Positions 44,896 to 59,795 of a stretch of 64,000 nt of DNA are shown piece by piece. Within the stretch, counting starts at the first letter, position 1, and every line of letters starts with the position of its first letter. The position numbers were made by a program, and so were the translations under genes. The stretch covers positions 2,797,404 through 2,861,403 of the forward strand of contig CAJFCJ010000007.1 in NCBI GenBank assembly GCA_904063045.1. Reading direction: 5' to 3'. The notes beneath the pieces are model-generated. The model had not been told where the DNA came from, ran no database searches, and saw only the letters and a program-made list of their open reading frames with translations. Source of the DNA: Dimorphilus gyrociliatus (taxonomy: Eukaryota; Animalia; Annelida).

Positions 44896-45607
44896 TCTTT
44901 TTGATCAAAGAGGATTATTCCTGTTAATAAATTCAGATCATGGCAGTTAATAAGAGAAAGGTTTACAAGTAATTCTAAAAATAATCTTTGCCTAATTTTC
45001 TTTAGTTTGTGCAGTATAAATTAAATAGAACAGAGAATATTTATAAACACTCTCACCCACGTTTCACAACATATGTTGCACTGCATTTAATTCCCAAAAA
45101 ATGACTAAGATCCTTTAATGAATAACGTATAATATATTTACAGCGCATATATATTATAGGTATACTATTTTGTAAAAGAACAGCCAATGTATACATTTAT
45201 ATATATATATATATATATTGCGCATAATATACATATTCATCTACCTCTTTTTTTGTAATATCTTCAGTTTAATAACTAACCATTAGGCATATAAAATTGA
45301 TTTTAGCAAATGTTACAAAGTACGTCACAAGCAATATACAATAGTCAAGTTTTTCGTATGGAGCTTTTCTTTTCAAAAAAAACTAGTTGCTATTGCATTT
45401 TCTATACTATTGACCCTACGCAATATGAATAAAATTACTTTTACAAAAGTATCTATAAGAATAACAATAGTTAATTGTGTTTTATACGCTAATGTGATAA
45501 ATTAAGTTACCTTAAAACTTGTTAATATTATTAAAATAAATTTCACTTTAGGAAACAGCGTTAAAACATCGTCATGTACCAATTCCACGTACGAATATCA
45601 GTTTTAA

Positions 45608-45623
45608 AGCGTCCTCTGGTGGC
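45608..45623 (-). promoter_or_regulatory. CTCF-like motif GCCACCAGAGGACGCT
   Basis: One clear mismatch to GCCACCAGRGGGCGCT, in a GC-enriched patch of intergenic DNA. Confidence 0.45.
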
Positions 45624-46004
45624 TGATTTTATAACATCAGTCGCAGCCTGAAGGGCGTTTCCATTTGGAGTAATTATTGGACGTCGATAAATTATCTTCC
45701 TAGTCTTTTTTCAGTTAATAAGTTTTATTATTCATATATTTATTCACAATTTAATATAATTTGTGCATATTCAGCTGTTTATTAAATCGTTAATTATGTT
45801 TTATCAGGTAGAATCCCGATCTCTTGAACATTCATTCAACAATCACGTGGGCTCATTGTATTGATTTTTCCGGTTTGAATGTCCCACTTAGCATTAAAAA
45901 TGTCAAATACTTGAATTCAACGTTTTATAATAAAACATGAAAAGTAGATTAACAGTTGGTAACGAAAAATAACAAAACTGTTTCTATCTGAAAGTAATTA
46001 TTCT

Positions 46005-48816
46005 CTACTGGCGAATTAATCGTTTGCTCACGAATTCCGGAGATATTTCGAATAACCACTGAGGATCAATAAGAGAAAGATCTCTAGAAAGAAGGATAAA
46101 TAATTAAAGCTTTTCCGTATTCGTAGCCTATAAATATTGCAAACCTGATATAGCATTTATTAGTCTGCACCAGTTCACTATAAATTACGTAACCGGGTTT
46201 TGATCGAAAGAGAACAGACGATGGATGAATATTTACCATTTTACGGTCCATAATCTATAAATAAAGAAGTAGTTGGAATATATTTTAAAAAGATTATTTT
46301 CTTAAAAATTGTTAATAAAAAAATGAATAATAAAAACTGACTGTTGAGTAAAGACCATCCGAATGAAGTTGAGCAGCATTCATGAAAAGCCCATGTACTA
46401 GACTCTTTCGTACTAAACTTCGATCTTCACCGCAAGATTTAATTGTCATATTTTGATCAATGCAAATCTTTCGCAGCTGCTTGCGTATTTGAATAACTAT
46501 CTTCATATTACGATGATTGATAAAGTTTTCTTTGCACCAAACCTAAAAGCAGATATGAAAAAGTCGAATCAGTAAAGCGTAGAAATAGAATTAATTGTTT
46601 TTATAATCATTCTAAATACTTTATTTTTTTTCGAACCCTTGTAACTCTTATAAACGTTTAATAATGTTATATGATCTCCTTCAACGGACTGGAATTTTCT
46701 TCTGACAGCTTCGGCTTTTTCTCTCTTTTAATGAAAGCAAACCAAGAAATGTTGACTTGAGAAAATTAATTGAGAAAACGAGAGCGACTAACCTGGTCAG
46801 CACTAATCAGCATGACAGAATCAGCACTTAACATCGACACAACAGTCAGTATCTCCTCTAGACAACCATTTTTTTCTGCGGCCAACAACACTCGCCCGAG
46901 TCTGTTTTATAAGTTTTTTAAAGCTTATAAGCTCTCATTTGATCTAATTAGAAAGCAATAATATAAACCTTGGATCTAAAGGAAAAGCAGCCATTCTTTT
47001 GCCTATCTCTGTTAGATGTAATTCATTCCCCTTGTCCTTTTCAATAGCTTGGAGCCATGATAATTGATCAACTGCCGAATTTAGACTTTCTTCTGATGGC
47101 TTATCAACAAAATCGAAAGTCAGAGTATTTTTTATGCCTAATGATAACAATTGCAGAGTTACACTCGCAATATTGCATCTAAGAATTTCGGGTATGGAAT
47201 TTGCTGGCATTAAATCGAAAGTATTTTTATCATAGACTCTATAACATGTTCCAGCAGATTGACGGCCAGCCCTTCCAGAACGCTGCCAAGCTTGAGATTG
47301 TGAAATACGAACGACTGTCAGAATGTCCAAACCACTAGATGGCTTATGTAATTTTGCCTTAACCATTCCACTGTCTACAACGTACTTTATACCGCTTATA
47401 GTAATTGATGTTTCAGCAATATTTGTTGCTACGATAACTTTTCTGGTATTCTATTAACAGAAAACTGATTATTGTCAGAAATGATCAAGTTACTGTCAAT
47501 TACCTTTGGAGTATCCTCAAAAACTCTTTTCTGCAGGGCAAAAGGAAGCGCAGCGTACATAGGCAACACTGTTAGGTCAATATCTGTAAAACCATACAGT
47601 TAATTTTTTAACGACAGGTATTAATTTTCTTCGTAATAGGCTTACCAGTCTTACAATTTTTACCCATTTGTCTTAGAGATCGTACAAAATTCTCTATTTC
47701 ATCTTGACCTGTTAAGAAGACTAAGACGTCATGTTGTGGGGGAGCCTTGGAATGAATTTGCATAACAGTTGTTAGGCAAGCAAATAAATAATCATCAATT
47801 TTATCTTCTGTAAATTTAATTGAAATGGGATGTAGACGACCTTCTATGTATAATATAGGACATTTATCAAAGTATTCAGATAGTTTTCCAACATCCATTG
47901 TAGCTGACATTATTATAATCTTTAAGTCTTCGATGTGGCGCTTTTGGCGCTCCTTTTGTGCCTTTTTTATGATAGAAAGTAAAACGTCTGTATGGACAGT
48001 CCTTTCATGGGCCTCATCGATTATTATATAAGAATACCTATATAAAAATAATTTAGGTCTCACTGGATTCTATGATTGGAAATTTATATATTTAACGAAC
48101 TGGGTTAACAAACGATTGAGTGTGGCATGTCTCATTAGCATACCATCAGTCATATATAGAATTTTGGTTGCTGGAGAGAAACTTTCTTCAAATCTGACAC
48201 AATACCCAACCTGATGGAAGAAAAAGATATCAATAGATTTTGTTCCCTAAATTATAAACTCTAAATTTTGTACTTCATTTCCAATCGGGGTATTCATTTC
48301 CAAAGCAACTCTTTCGGCTACGCTAATTGCAGCAACTCTTCTCGGTTGAGTTATTGCGATCTTTCCTTTGCCATTAAGGATATCATTGTATATGTATTGA
48401 GGAATTTGGGTTGTTTTACCACTACCCGTTTCACCGATTACAACTAGTCTATTTTCCTCTTTCATCCTTTTTATAAGTTTCTGTTTTACAGCGAAAATTG
48501 GTAGCGATTTTTTATGGTCTTCAAAGTTGTTTCTTTCTTCTTCCTATATTTTTAACATGAATTTAGAAAAACTATTTGCTTAATTACTTTAAGCGTCTTA
48601 TTCAACTTAGAGTGACATTTTAAATAGGGAAGTAATCGAAAGTCGAATTACCGTGGCATCTTCAATGGTGATAGTAGTTTTTAAGTCAGGCATCTTAATT
48701 TTCTTTGCAGTAGCTTCTTCATTTTGAGGTTCGGAAGCAGCTTTTCTTTTATTACTTTTTTTCTTTGAATCCCTGAACTTTCGTTCAACTAAAATGCCAA
48801 TATCCGACAAATTCAT
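46005..48816 (-). CDS. DHX33: DEAH-box RNA helicase 33
   Basis: GETGSGKTTQIPQ, TQPRRVAA, DEAHERTVHTDVL, MSATMDV, TNIAETSIT, QRSGRAGR; an HA2/OB-fold C-terminus follows. Stop at 46005-46007. Confidence 0.9.
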
Positions 48817-49103
48817 TACGATTTCATAGAGGGGTAGCGATAATAGGATTTAAAATCACGTGTGTTATATTCGTAGGCAAAACATTCATTACGAGGAGAA
48901 TTGGAGCAGAAGTTATCCAACGAATATTGCTAACTGAACCTAAAAATTTGTTTGATATTTTTTTGTAAGATATAAAAGGGAATTGTTGATAATTTAAGCA
49001 ATAGTCCTTAGTGTTTACCTAAAAATCTTGTGCTAACTAAGCCCCGGATATGTTATAATTTATAAACAGTATTGTGAAATAGAACATTTTCTAGCAATTT
49101 AAG

Positions 49104-49907
49104 ATGTCTTCATTCAAGGAATTATGGAATTTGGAAGAATTGGATGAAAAGCCCCAGGTTATAGTTTTCGATCTAGGTAACGAATAAAACAACATTTACT
49201 AGTCATATTGTAACGTGATTGTGGAAAAAGTAAAAAGTAACAAAACGGAATAAATAATTACAGATTACACCTTATGGCCATTCTATGTGGACTGTGAAGT
49301 TACACCTCCATTTCAAGTGTAAAGTTTTGTTACATCAAAATCTATTTTAGTGTTAGGTGATATTTAATTTACAGTGTAAAGGACGTAGTACTAGATAGAA
49401 ACAAGCACGAAGTGAAGCACTATTATGAAGTACTTCCAGTGTTAGAAAAATTAGGAAATGAAGGTTACGAATTAGCAATAGCCTCTAGAACCGGTGAAGT
49501 AGCAGGAGCGAAATCACTTATGAATTTATTTGGTTGGATGCCTTATTTCAAAGAACAGAATATTCAAATATATCCAGGAGATAAGAAGAGGCATTTCGAC
49601 AAGTAAGAATACCTTAACTAAAGCCTAAAACCTACAAAGAGTACTAATTTAAATTACATAGCATACAAAGAGCTACTAAAGTGCCATACAACAGAATGAT
49701 ATTTTTCGATGACGAATGGAGAAATATTAGAAGTGTATCAGAGCTTGGTATTCTGTCATTTAATAATAGAATTAATTATTCACATGAAAATTCAATGCAT
49801 TATATTTTTTAGGTGTTACTTGTGTGTATGTGAAGAAAGGAATATCAATAGCTGAATTAAAGAGGGGTTTCGAAGAATATAAGCTGAAGAATTCCATTGG
49901 TAGTTAA
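49104..49907 (+). CDS. MDP1: Magnesium-dependent phosphatase 1 (HAD family)
   Basis: VFDL|DYTLWPFYVD, IASRT, IYPGDK, IFFDDE. Five exons. Confidence 0.92.
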
Positions 49908-50764
49908 ATTATCCACCATCAGTGACTCCATACGCGATATACAACGTCTAAAAATCAATAATTGTGAAATAAACCTATTCAGTTTAAAATGTATTTATAT
50001 TCTACTGATTACATCTATTAAATATTCATAAGATCACTTTATAAAATGCCAATTATTAGTTCTCACATTGTATATACACCAGATGGCACAGTGGGAATAA
50101 CTTTCCATAATTGATCAATATGACGAATATTTCATTAATTTTTATAACAATTTCAATATGGCGTAAGGGAAATTCAATTTGAAACATATTGTTTATTATC
50201 AAATGGGCTATATCTATTGTTTTCATCGAATCGATAGGTTTAACGCCCAGATTTTCCAATCGTGCCGCTAGTATCGACCAGCTAGGCGTATTATATTCGT
50301 ACTCTGCGTTCTAGAATGACTCTTCTGCCCGAACTAGCTCAAAATTTCAGGAATTCTACATAATTGAAGGTATAAAATCAGGATAATTATTTAAACTAAT
50401 TAAGATAAATGTATGGTTATGTATTAAATTACGTAACTTATCGCTCTAACTGTCTATATCGTCCTCTTCAAAATGCAATGATAATGAATGGAAATAAATT
50501 GGGAAACACCTCCCCCTCTCAAGTAATTTTGCATAGATATGAACTAAATTGACCTAAATAGAGGTCAAGAACTGACAGAACAATGATAGTAGATAAAATT
50601 GTTATATTTTGACAATAGTTTATCAAATAGGAAAAGTATATTTGATACTATTATAAAATAGTTAAAGATGTCTTGATAATTATAGGTGGCGTTAATTTGA
50701 ATTAAACTGAAAAGGTCTAAGTCTAAAAACGCTCATTCAACTTTTCAAACGTAAAGGAATAATA

Positions 50765-51875
50765 ATGGCTGCTAGCTGGGGTTATTTGAACACAAATGGA
50801 CCAGATACTTGGTCTGCTGACTTTCCTGCTGCTAAAGGAGACAAACAAACGCCGATCAATATTGTTACAGGAGACACGAAATTGGAATCCAATTTGAAGT
50901 CTAAACCGATTAGCGTCTCCTACAAGCCCGAAAATTCTAGAAAATTGAAGAACACTGGTCATTCTTGTCAAGTTGTTATTGACGGAGAAGGCTCTAGTTA
51001 GTGATTCTTTGATAAGAAAACCTTTTCTGTATTTTTAAATGCACTTATTATACATGCTTGTTATCTACGTTTTCAAAAAATAAACAGGCCTAAAAGGAGG
51101 ACCTTTAGAGAGCGATTACAAAATAGAGCAATTCCATTTTCATTGGGGTAAAAGTAATGACGTTGGTTCTGAGCATACAATCGATGGAGAAATGTTTGCT
51201 GGTGAGGTAAGCCTATATGATCTTATTTTTCTCTTTGAAAAAAAATAAATAACAGGCATAGAAATACCGTCAGACTCATTTTGTTATTATTTTTTTGTTA
51301 GCTTCACCTCGTACACTGGGATAGTTCAAGATTTGGCAGTTTTGCTGAGGCTGTAGACAAACCGAGTGGCTTATGTGTCCTCGGCATTTTCTTAAAGGTT
51401 AGTATATATTTATTTTTATCATTCTATTGTGTATATGTTGCACTGAATATACCTAATAAGAGAGAAAGTAAACAAATTCTATATGCTGTATCCCGTTTTA
51501 ATAATGTTAAATGTAAAAATAACAATAAAAAATCAATATAAACAATAGATTGGACAAGAAAATGAAGCTTTGAAGAAATTGACTGATCAATTTAATAACA
51601 TAAAAGAGCCAAACGCAAGTATTGATTTGGTTGGAGGCTTTGATCCTGCATCTCTTCTGCCGGATACGGAACGTTATTGGACTTATGACGGTTCGCTAAC
51701 AACTCCCCCTTGCTTTGAATCGGTTAAATGGGTCCTGTTTAAAGAACCTATCGAAATTTCTGAGGCTCAACTCAACGAATTCCGATCACTGTCTTCCTTA
51801 GATGGCGGCTGCATGGGTAACAATTATAGGCCGGTTATGCCATTAAATGACCGCCAAGTAAATTGTTCGTTCTAG
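50765..51875 (+). CDS. CA: Cytosolic alpha-carbonic anhydrase
   Basis: WGY...GPDTW, QTPINI, NTGHS (His64 equivalent), [36 protein letters not shown]. Four exons. Confidence 0.95.
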
Positions 51876-53044
51876 AGTAGGCGTGTGTTAATGGTTATCA
51901 AATAAAAAATGGGCTATAGGCCCAATTCAATGTAACGAAATCTCGTTTCATCTTTTATTGTTTTCTTTAGTATGTTATCTATAAGTAGCGTCTTGCTTAA
52001 CATCAATTATTAAATCATGCATCAGATCGATAAATTTTTAGGCCTATGACCCTGAAATCAAATTATTCAGGAGTCAACTTGCGGAAAAAATTACGAATGA
52101 CAATAATCAAGATTGAACTCGTTTTTTTTTTACTAATTTATAGGCGAGTGTATGTATATATAAAAGAACCCTAGCTGATAACACTTAGGATTACAAAACA
52201 GTCAACAATACGGATTGTATAATACGATAACAATGGACTTGAAAAAGAGGCTGTCACTCTATAAACATTTGTCTAGAGACGACTACTAATCTAACCTTAT
52301 GTAATTTAATAGTTTTCTCTAAGTTATAACTGATTAAAGACAAATTTTTATATATATTCTAAAATATGTAAGTAAAAATGAGTTAATGAAAATACTTTAG
52401 AAATTCCGTTTAATAATGAATTGTTAAACTGGTCCAAATCAGTGAATGTCTCATAATAAGAAGAGGATAGAGAGAGAAAAGTAGCGAACGAATAAAAAAA
52501 AGGTGAGCGAAAAACAGTAATTATCCCGAAAATAGGTTACAGAGTAAACGTGTTTAAAGAAAATTGACAATATCTTCACTGATATTGTCTTTTAAAAGAA
52601 ACTTTTAATAAAATATTTATATTAATATCTTCATGTCTGAAAACATAGCGATTAGGTAAGAAAAAAAAACTTATCGAAAAACGAAATATTCCAAACAGGA
52701 CACAAACTATCTGACAAGCGGTGAGTAGTGTTATCCTACTCGTTTTTATATATCTGACCTACTCATATTACAAGCTGTAAAGCCGTTAAAGTTGCTCGTA
52801 GTAGTGTTTACAATTGCTTTTCTCTATACGTATGAACGTTTTTACTATTATTACAGGTAGTTTTCTTGTAGTGCTTGAAAAAACCGCTCTTTTTTAAACG
52901 AATATATGTCATAGTTAACTCAATGTTATTATCGTTATAAATTGTACTAATGATGTTAAATTATCCGTATAAAAAATTTATAGGAAATCCGAAAAATAGC
53001 CAAGGAATTAAGAATAACATAAATCATAAAATTCAAAGGAGGTT

Positions 53045-55171
53045 ATGATTAAAAACTCTGCCGAATACATTCGGTGTAACACCGATTGTATCGACGAAGA
53101 AGAAACAAATATAATTAGAGAGAAAGACACTGTTGTGACAATAAATGAAAATAAAGGGATTACCAGGAAGAAAAAACCAGTTGTTGAGAGGAAAGTCAGC
53201 AGATTTACTGTTAGTTCATGTACAGAAAATGACAAAGATGGGGACGGTGGATCTCGACAATTACTGACCCCATCGTCACCTCAATCAGATCCAGTTTTTA
53301 AACAGTTTTTTAATTCTCCGTTAAGAGCCGAAAGAGGATCGTTAGACTCTTCCGGATATTTTTATGATCCAATAGCCAATAGATCACAAAATCATAAGAC
53401 AATTCCTCCATCGAAATTGGTTACATCAAAATTTAGACAATTCCCTTCCAATGATCAGGATTGCACGGACGCATTAGCCAATAATAACAATGTATCGTTT
53501 GGCAATTACTCGACTCAAAGGAGATCCTCTTCAACTGAATCAGAGCCTTCCATGGCGTTCATTTCGTCAAATCAGACTATAACACCTCACAAAAGAGGGA
53601 CGTTAGTAAGGAAGTTGAGAAAGAGAGGACTACAATATTCAGAGAGGAAAAAAGCTCGTTTGGTTAATCAGGACGGAACATGTAATATTAGAAGTGCAAA
53701 CTTTAAAAAAAAAGCGTTTATTTTCGATTTTTATTCATCTGTCCTTGACATGAAATGGCGTTACATATGGACTTTTTTCATTCTTGCTTTTCTACTATCT
53801 TGGCTTATCTTTGCCGTGATTTGGTACTTGATCGCTTTCAGCAACGGTGACCTCAATTTTCAAAGAGGAGATAATACTACACTAAAGGAGGATGTATGCA
53901 TTGATAATGTCGACAGCTTCACAACGGCTTTGGTAGGCGTTTCTTATTTATATTAAAAATAAACAAAAAAAATTAGAAAAGAATGTTAATCTATAATTAA
54001 TGAGAACAAAATCCTAGTTCTCTATTATTTTCTTACGTTTGTTTTACTAATATCTTATCTTTTCCTATGTTTTTTTTTCCACTCTTTTTTAGTTGTATAG
54101 CCTAGAAACTCAACAAACAATTGGCTATGGAGGAAGGGCATTAACAGATAAATGTTACTCAGCAGGTAATAAGCAATATTAAAATTACTTTTATATATAA
54201 AAAATATCTATGCTGATAATAATAGGAGCAGCTTAGACCGTTGACTACGTAAATTGGTAAGACAGTTGTTCTAAATGTATCCCATATTTTCCCGCCTTTC
54301 CTTGTGGAAATCACTTATTTTCCATGTTATCGGTTTTTTTTTGTTTTGATACTGTTCCTCTTTTTGGTTTTAGCTTGCGTTATTCGATATTTTGTTTTTT
54401 TTATTACGTTTCTTTTTTTTTTACCCTATTACAGTTGTCTTACTTATGGCCCAGACAATGATTGGAGTTATTATTCAAGCTCTTTTGGCGGGTGTTATTA
54501 TTGCTAAACTTTCACGGCCTAAAAGTAGAAAAAGAACTGTACTGTTCTCCAAGAATGCGTTAATAACACGAAACGATGATCCGACTGATCCATTGAAACT
54601 AGTGTTTAGAGTAGCTGATATGAGGAAATCACATCTCATTGACGCTAATATAAAAGTGACATTGGTATCTCATAAAGCTTATAAAAACAGTTCCAAACAA
54701 CAATTATATCAGGAACCATTGAATGTTGTCACATCAGCTGGATGTGATGGGAAAGTTTTCATGGCATGGCCTATGTATGTAGCGCATACCATTAATGAAA
54801 ATTCTCCCCTATACGATCTGTCGGAGGAGAGTATTCTCGGCGCTGATCTAGAAATTATTGTTGTGCTAGAGGGAACTGTTCCATCTACTGGTATGCTAAC
54901 GCAACTTCGAACCTCATATCTGGCTAGTGAAATTCTTTGGGGTCATCGCTTTTTACCACTTTTAATGGAGAGTAATGTAGCAATATACGAGGTTGACTAT
55001 TCTATGCTCGATTTAACAACTGCTATTGAACATTTTCCATCGTGTTCCGCAAAGGAATTATCTTGCATAAATAATAAACGACTAGCTTTGTTAAATCCAG
55101 ATAGGAAACCATCAATTTGTCAAGCATCTAAAGATGGCAGCACCGGATTTCACATTTCCGAAAATATTTGA
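53045..55171 (+). CDS. Kir: Inward-rectifier K+ channel
   Basis: Exons 53045-53932, 54093-54165 and 54435-55171. RLVNQDGTCNI, DMKWR, selectivity filter ETQQTIGYG, FRVADMRKSHL, RTSYLASEILWGHRF. Confidence 0.95.
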
Positions 55172-55619
55172 ACATTTCCAAACATACAATTTTTAGTTGA
55201 TCCATTGTTGAAAGTATTTAGTATTTGCACCTTTGTACTTTGTCGAATTATATACAAATGTTTCAGAAAAACAAAATAAAATCTCAACATAACCCATTCA
55301 TTTTTTTTATTCAGAATTTGACAAAAAAATCGTTGTTTTTTTTTGCAGTAGCTTTATAAAAATAACTCTCTTTTGCAGATCTCGCAAGATTAAAAAATGT
55401 ATAGATTCAAAGAACTAAAAAATAATCTGAATAAACATTAAAAGCTGCATTGGAAATAAATAAGAAACAAACGGAAATTCTTTAATAGCCGATTGAACCT
55501 TTAAACTTCTAAAATAGTTAATAATATACAGAATACAGCAATACTGTAGAAAGTATATTATTAATGATTGGTATAATACAAAGAGTTTTTTATAAAGATA
55601 TTCTAACAATATTTTTTAA

Positions 55620-57883
55620 TTAGACAATCGTACTTGAAAGTCGAAAGAATCTTAAGAATTTCTGAACTAGATTCAAGACAAAATACCAAGAACTTCTAGC
55701 AAGATTTGATTTGGCGATCAATAAACGCCATAGAATTACCAGAGCAAACATATTAAAACAATAGCGAAAATTTCTTAACCTGCGAAAACAAATTATTAAG
55801 TTGAGGTGAAAGAAAATAAATATGGTTTGCCTTACTTTCTAATATGAGCGCGAGCGCTTTCTACATTAGATATCTCTTCTTTTAGTATAAATTTTTTTGT
55901 TCCCATGACAAAATCTTCTATATAAGATGGCCAATGAATAGCTCGAGGATCAAGATAGAAAGTCTGTTATTAAGATTGTCTTTTATATAAGAAGATATTT
56001 AATATTTGCAATTTATCAGTTACCTGTGAATCTTCCGGACTCATTACGGCTTTAAGTAAGTCAAGACCAGTGTGAGTCCATTGCCAAGATCTTGTCGTAA
56101 AGTACGTCAGGGTTCCCATTGCTTTATGTAGACGAGAGTAAACCGAAACCATTCTGTTTTTAGCAATTAATTTGTTTCATTTTGTGCCTGAGGCTATATT
56201 ATCAGAAAAGACTCAAATCGTTAAGTTCTCACCTAGCTTTCTTTCCAACTAATCTGAATGCACAGTCGACCAAATATGCTGGTATGTAATGGCTTAAAAA
56301 TATCCAAGTATCGTGAAGGGTTGGTTTGTTGGTTATATAGCACCTTGGTCTTCTAAATCCTCCTTCTAATGGAATCTATGTTGGAGAACAATAACGCTTT
56401 GTCAGGTAGTCTTTTTTTTACGCTTTGAAATAATATTTACTCTTTTAAAAACTTCTTTCACTATTCCGCAATTAGCTCCCCATGTAACTGGATTTAAAGT
56501 ACCTGATGTGCAGTGATATAAAAGAACCTTTTCCGGTTTAAAGACTCCCGTATACCAGCCAACTGCTAGGAGCATATTAACAGAAATGTCAACGGGAATC
56601 ATATCAGCAACAAGATCAGTTTCCATTATCATTGTTCTGACTAGGCCTTTTCCATAGGCAATATACAATCCAGAAGGACCATTCAAATTATCTATCCATC
56701 CCTAAAAATTAAAAGTAATCACAATCAATTAATCTTTTAATTAATTAAATAATTGGTATAGCACTTACAGGAAATGGTTCTTTCCACGATGCAGTCACAA
56801 TAGATGGTCTCAAAATAGCCAAAGGTAAATCAGAGGCTTCCTTCATTAGCATATATTCAGCAAGTTGTTTAGTATAAGTGTAAGTATTAGGCTTAGTTCC
56901 AATCAATTTAGGCATAATCATATTTAGAGTATCATCATCCATCCATCTGGAAAAATAAAACGTATAATCATAATAGGACTATTAAATATATATAAAAAAA
57001 ATTGAAAATTAGCAAAATATCATACTTAAATAACAAAATTAACTTACTCAATCATATCAATAATATCATTCGGGTCATGAACAGCGGGATAAATGTGTTC
57101 CTCAATAATATCTTTCTTATCACAGTTTGTATAGGCTGTTGAAACGTGGACGAAAGACTAAATATTGAAAAAAAAGAGAAATCAATAAAAATAATTCGAG
57201 TTCATTTTCACTCGTCGTGTCTTTTGTTTTTGTTTTTTTACCTTTAAAAATTTGATTTTTTTACATAGAAGAACTATTTCTTTCGTTGCTATAACATTCA
57301 TTTTAACAGCTGTTCTTAAAGGTTCATCAAAACGTATTGTTGCAGCCGAATGGAAAACAATATTTATATTATCCTTTAAAAATTCTGTATCTTCCTCAGA
57401 TATTCCTAGATTCTTTTCTAAGACATCTCCTTTAATTATATGTATTTTACTAGCAAAATCTGCATCTATTTTTCTAATTCTGTCGTAAACCTGTTAATTG
57501 TTTAATAGTTGTACGTTAAATGAGAAATAGAAATATGATTGCAATTCACTTTATCTTGTAAAAGTATGTTTAATCTCTCTTCTATTGTTTTTCCTCTCTT
57601 TGGTCTGACTAGGCAATAGATACCTTTGATGTTTGAACATGATCTTAACAGTTTTTCAATCACAACCTGATATTGAAAATATTAGATATGAATCAGTCAT
57701 GCATGAAGTTCAAAGTTATGTCAACGTACTTTTCCAATAAATCCAGTTCCACCTGTTATAAAAATGTTCTTATCAGCGTAGAATTCTGAGATCGTTGGTT
57801 TTAATTCGCTATCTATAGAGGGGGGTATACTAGAGAACAACTCACTTTTGTTAAATTATGATGTAATTACCGTTTCGTTCCAT
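55620..57883 (-). CDS. FAR: Fatty acyl-CoA reductase
   Basis: [46 protein letters not shown], and C-terminal LRNFRYCFN...RLSSTIV. A 13-nt first exon at 57871-57883 joins exon 2 at 57812 in phase 1. Confidence 0.93.
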
Positions 57884-58586
57884 TATTCAGGATTTATATC
57901 TGTTGCCGGCGGTGTAGCGAAAAGTTTATCGGATGTTTGAGTGTCAAGGCTACAACCTCAAATGTATACACAATTCTGATTGGTCTTTTATATCCAATGG
58001 CCTACGCTAATAGAAAACTAAATGAATATTCAGTGTGACCAAAACTAATTTCAATATAAAATAATGAATACAATAGAGAATAGAATCGATTTATTGCTTG
58101 TACTATTAGTTTGCGCAATAGTATAATCAAAGCTGAAACGTGGTCTGGTCGTGACTTGTTAATTATTCAACGATTGCTTTGACTCAAAACATCTGTGCAC
58201 ATTTAATGAATTATATAATATATATCAAAAGAGAATTGAGAAAGTATAATATATTATTAGAAAACAATATATACTGTTTATATACGTATATATATATATA
58301 TACTGTATATACTGTAGTTATATAATAAATTAACTTTTTTATTATTTAAATTATTATTATAGACAACTATCTAGAAATTTCTAATTAAAGAGCTGTAATT
58401 AGCTCTACCCTTATCAATCTTCTCATATATACTTCAATATTTGCACTTAAAAATTAATAGTATTTGTATTTTACTTATACTGTATATACAAGAGCTAGAT
58501 TTTACTGATAAAAGCTAAAATCTGCTAATCTTCTTTTCATCAATTTTCTTTTCCTTTCTTCTTTCTCATATCTCCTATCTCATTTT

Positions 58587-58625
58587 CTCTCTCTCTCTCT
58601 CTCTCTCTCTCTTTCGCTCTCTCAA
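58587..58625. repeat. (CT)n microsatellite
   Basis: About 13 perfect CT units plus degenerate flanks. Confidence 0.9.
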
Positions 58626-59346
58626 TTTCTTTCTCTTTCCTCTTCTACTTAAAAGTTTTCTTTTTAAGATTTTCCATTCGGTAAATAATATCTTTTCTTT
58701 TTTGTTATTAAATAATTATTTGGTAGATGGCGCTACTTGGAAATTTATTAGTTTTGATATTAGATTGTTTAGAAACAGCTGGTACATAAAATTAAAATTT
58801 GACCAGGGGAACCAAAGTAGGAGCTAAGGAACCAAGCAAAGATAAAATATAGATCGAATGGACCTAGGCCCAAATGGCACAATAATTATATATGTTTAGA
58901 GAGAAATTCGATATTATCCTCTTCTTCACTTTCATATTCTCTTCTCCATGCAAAGTGGATTTTTCGATTATTCCGAAACTAGAAAGAGGTTGGTTTCGAA
59001 TTGTAGATCGATGTGCAATTAGGAGCAGACTCCCTCTAGGATACGATGCCTTAGAAACTTTATAATTATATACTCTTATCTGACTTTGTTCAAATAGTAA
59101 AAGCAAATTAATGATTATCATTCAACTAATAATTTAGTGATAACTTTATGTACAAAGCACTTATAATCAACTGGAAAACTGTAAAACTGTAAAAGTTACT
59201 ATAAGCGTTTAGGTACACTAAGTTGGGCTAGTTTATTATATTCAGTATAATAAGGATATATACTATCAGTACTTATCATAACTGTAAATTCACAGACGGA
59301 ACGAAGAAAAAAAGATAAGAAAAAGAAAAGAAGAGAAAGGGGAGGG

Positions 59347-59373
59347 CAGAGAGAAAGAAAGAAAGAAAGAAAG

Positions 59374-59410
<37 letters not shown>
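59347..59410. repeat. Compound (GAAA)n/(GA)n microsatellite
   Basis: Directly visible. Confidence 0.9.
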
Positions 59411-59411
<1 letters not shown>

Positions 59412-59795
59412 AAAAATAAGGTTTAAAGGAAAGGGATAAAGAAGCAAATGTTGTAAAGAGGAGCGGTTGAAAAAAAAGTGATAATAAACATCAGCATAAA
59501 TATCCAATTTAAACACATAATTGCTCTAATTAACAACTTGATACAGGTACTTTTTACATATATATTTTATAAACTCCTTCTCAAGACACAAAGAAGCAGG
59601 TAATTTTTTTTTCTTTGCAGAGTTTATACATATGAAGAAGATTGACTTTGAAGATAAGATTAAAAAAGAAAAAGAAGAAGAAGAATAATAATAATAAGAA
59701 GAAGATGACTTAGAAAAAAGACCAAAATTCTCTTCCAATCGAAAAACAAACTGAAAAGCTTGTTTTGGTATGTTTTTTTTTGTCTTTTTACATAA

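Noticed and set aside
52633-52999. Spliced uORF or extra first exon of Kir (MSENIAIR|KSEK-stop)
   Set aside because: The only plausible splice hits an in-frame stop before ATG 53045; it may be a 5'UTR exon but cannot be supported without RNA data.
58760-58820. Fragments resembling miR-133 on the minus strand
   Set aside because: The two matching parts are about 20 nt apart and there is no hairpin.
58864-59738. Short minus-strand ORFs at 58864, 59199 and 59526
   Set aside because: Largely microsatellite-derived or low-complexity translations with no homology, in UTR/intergenic DNA.
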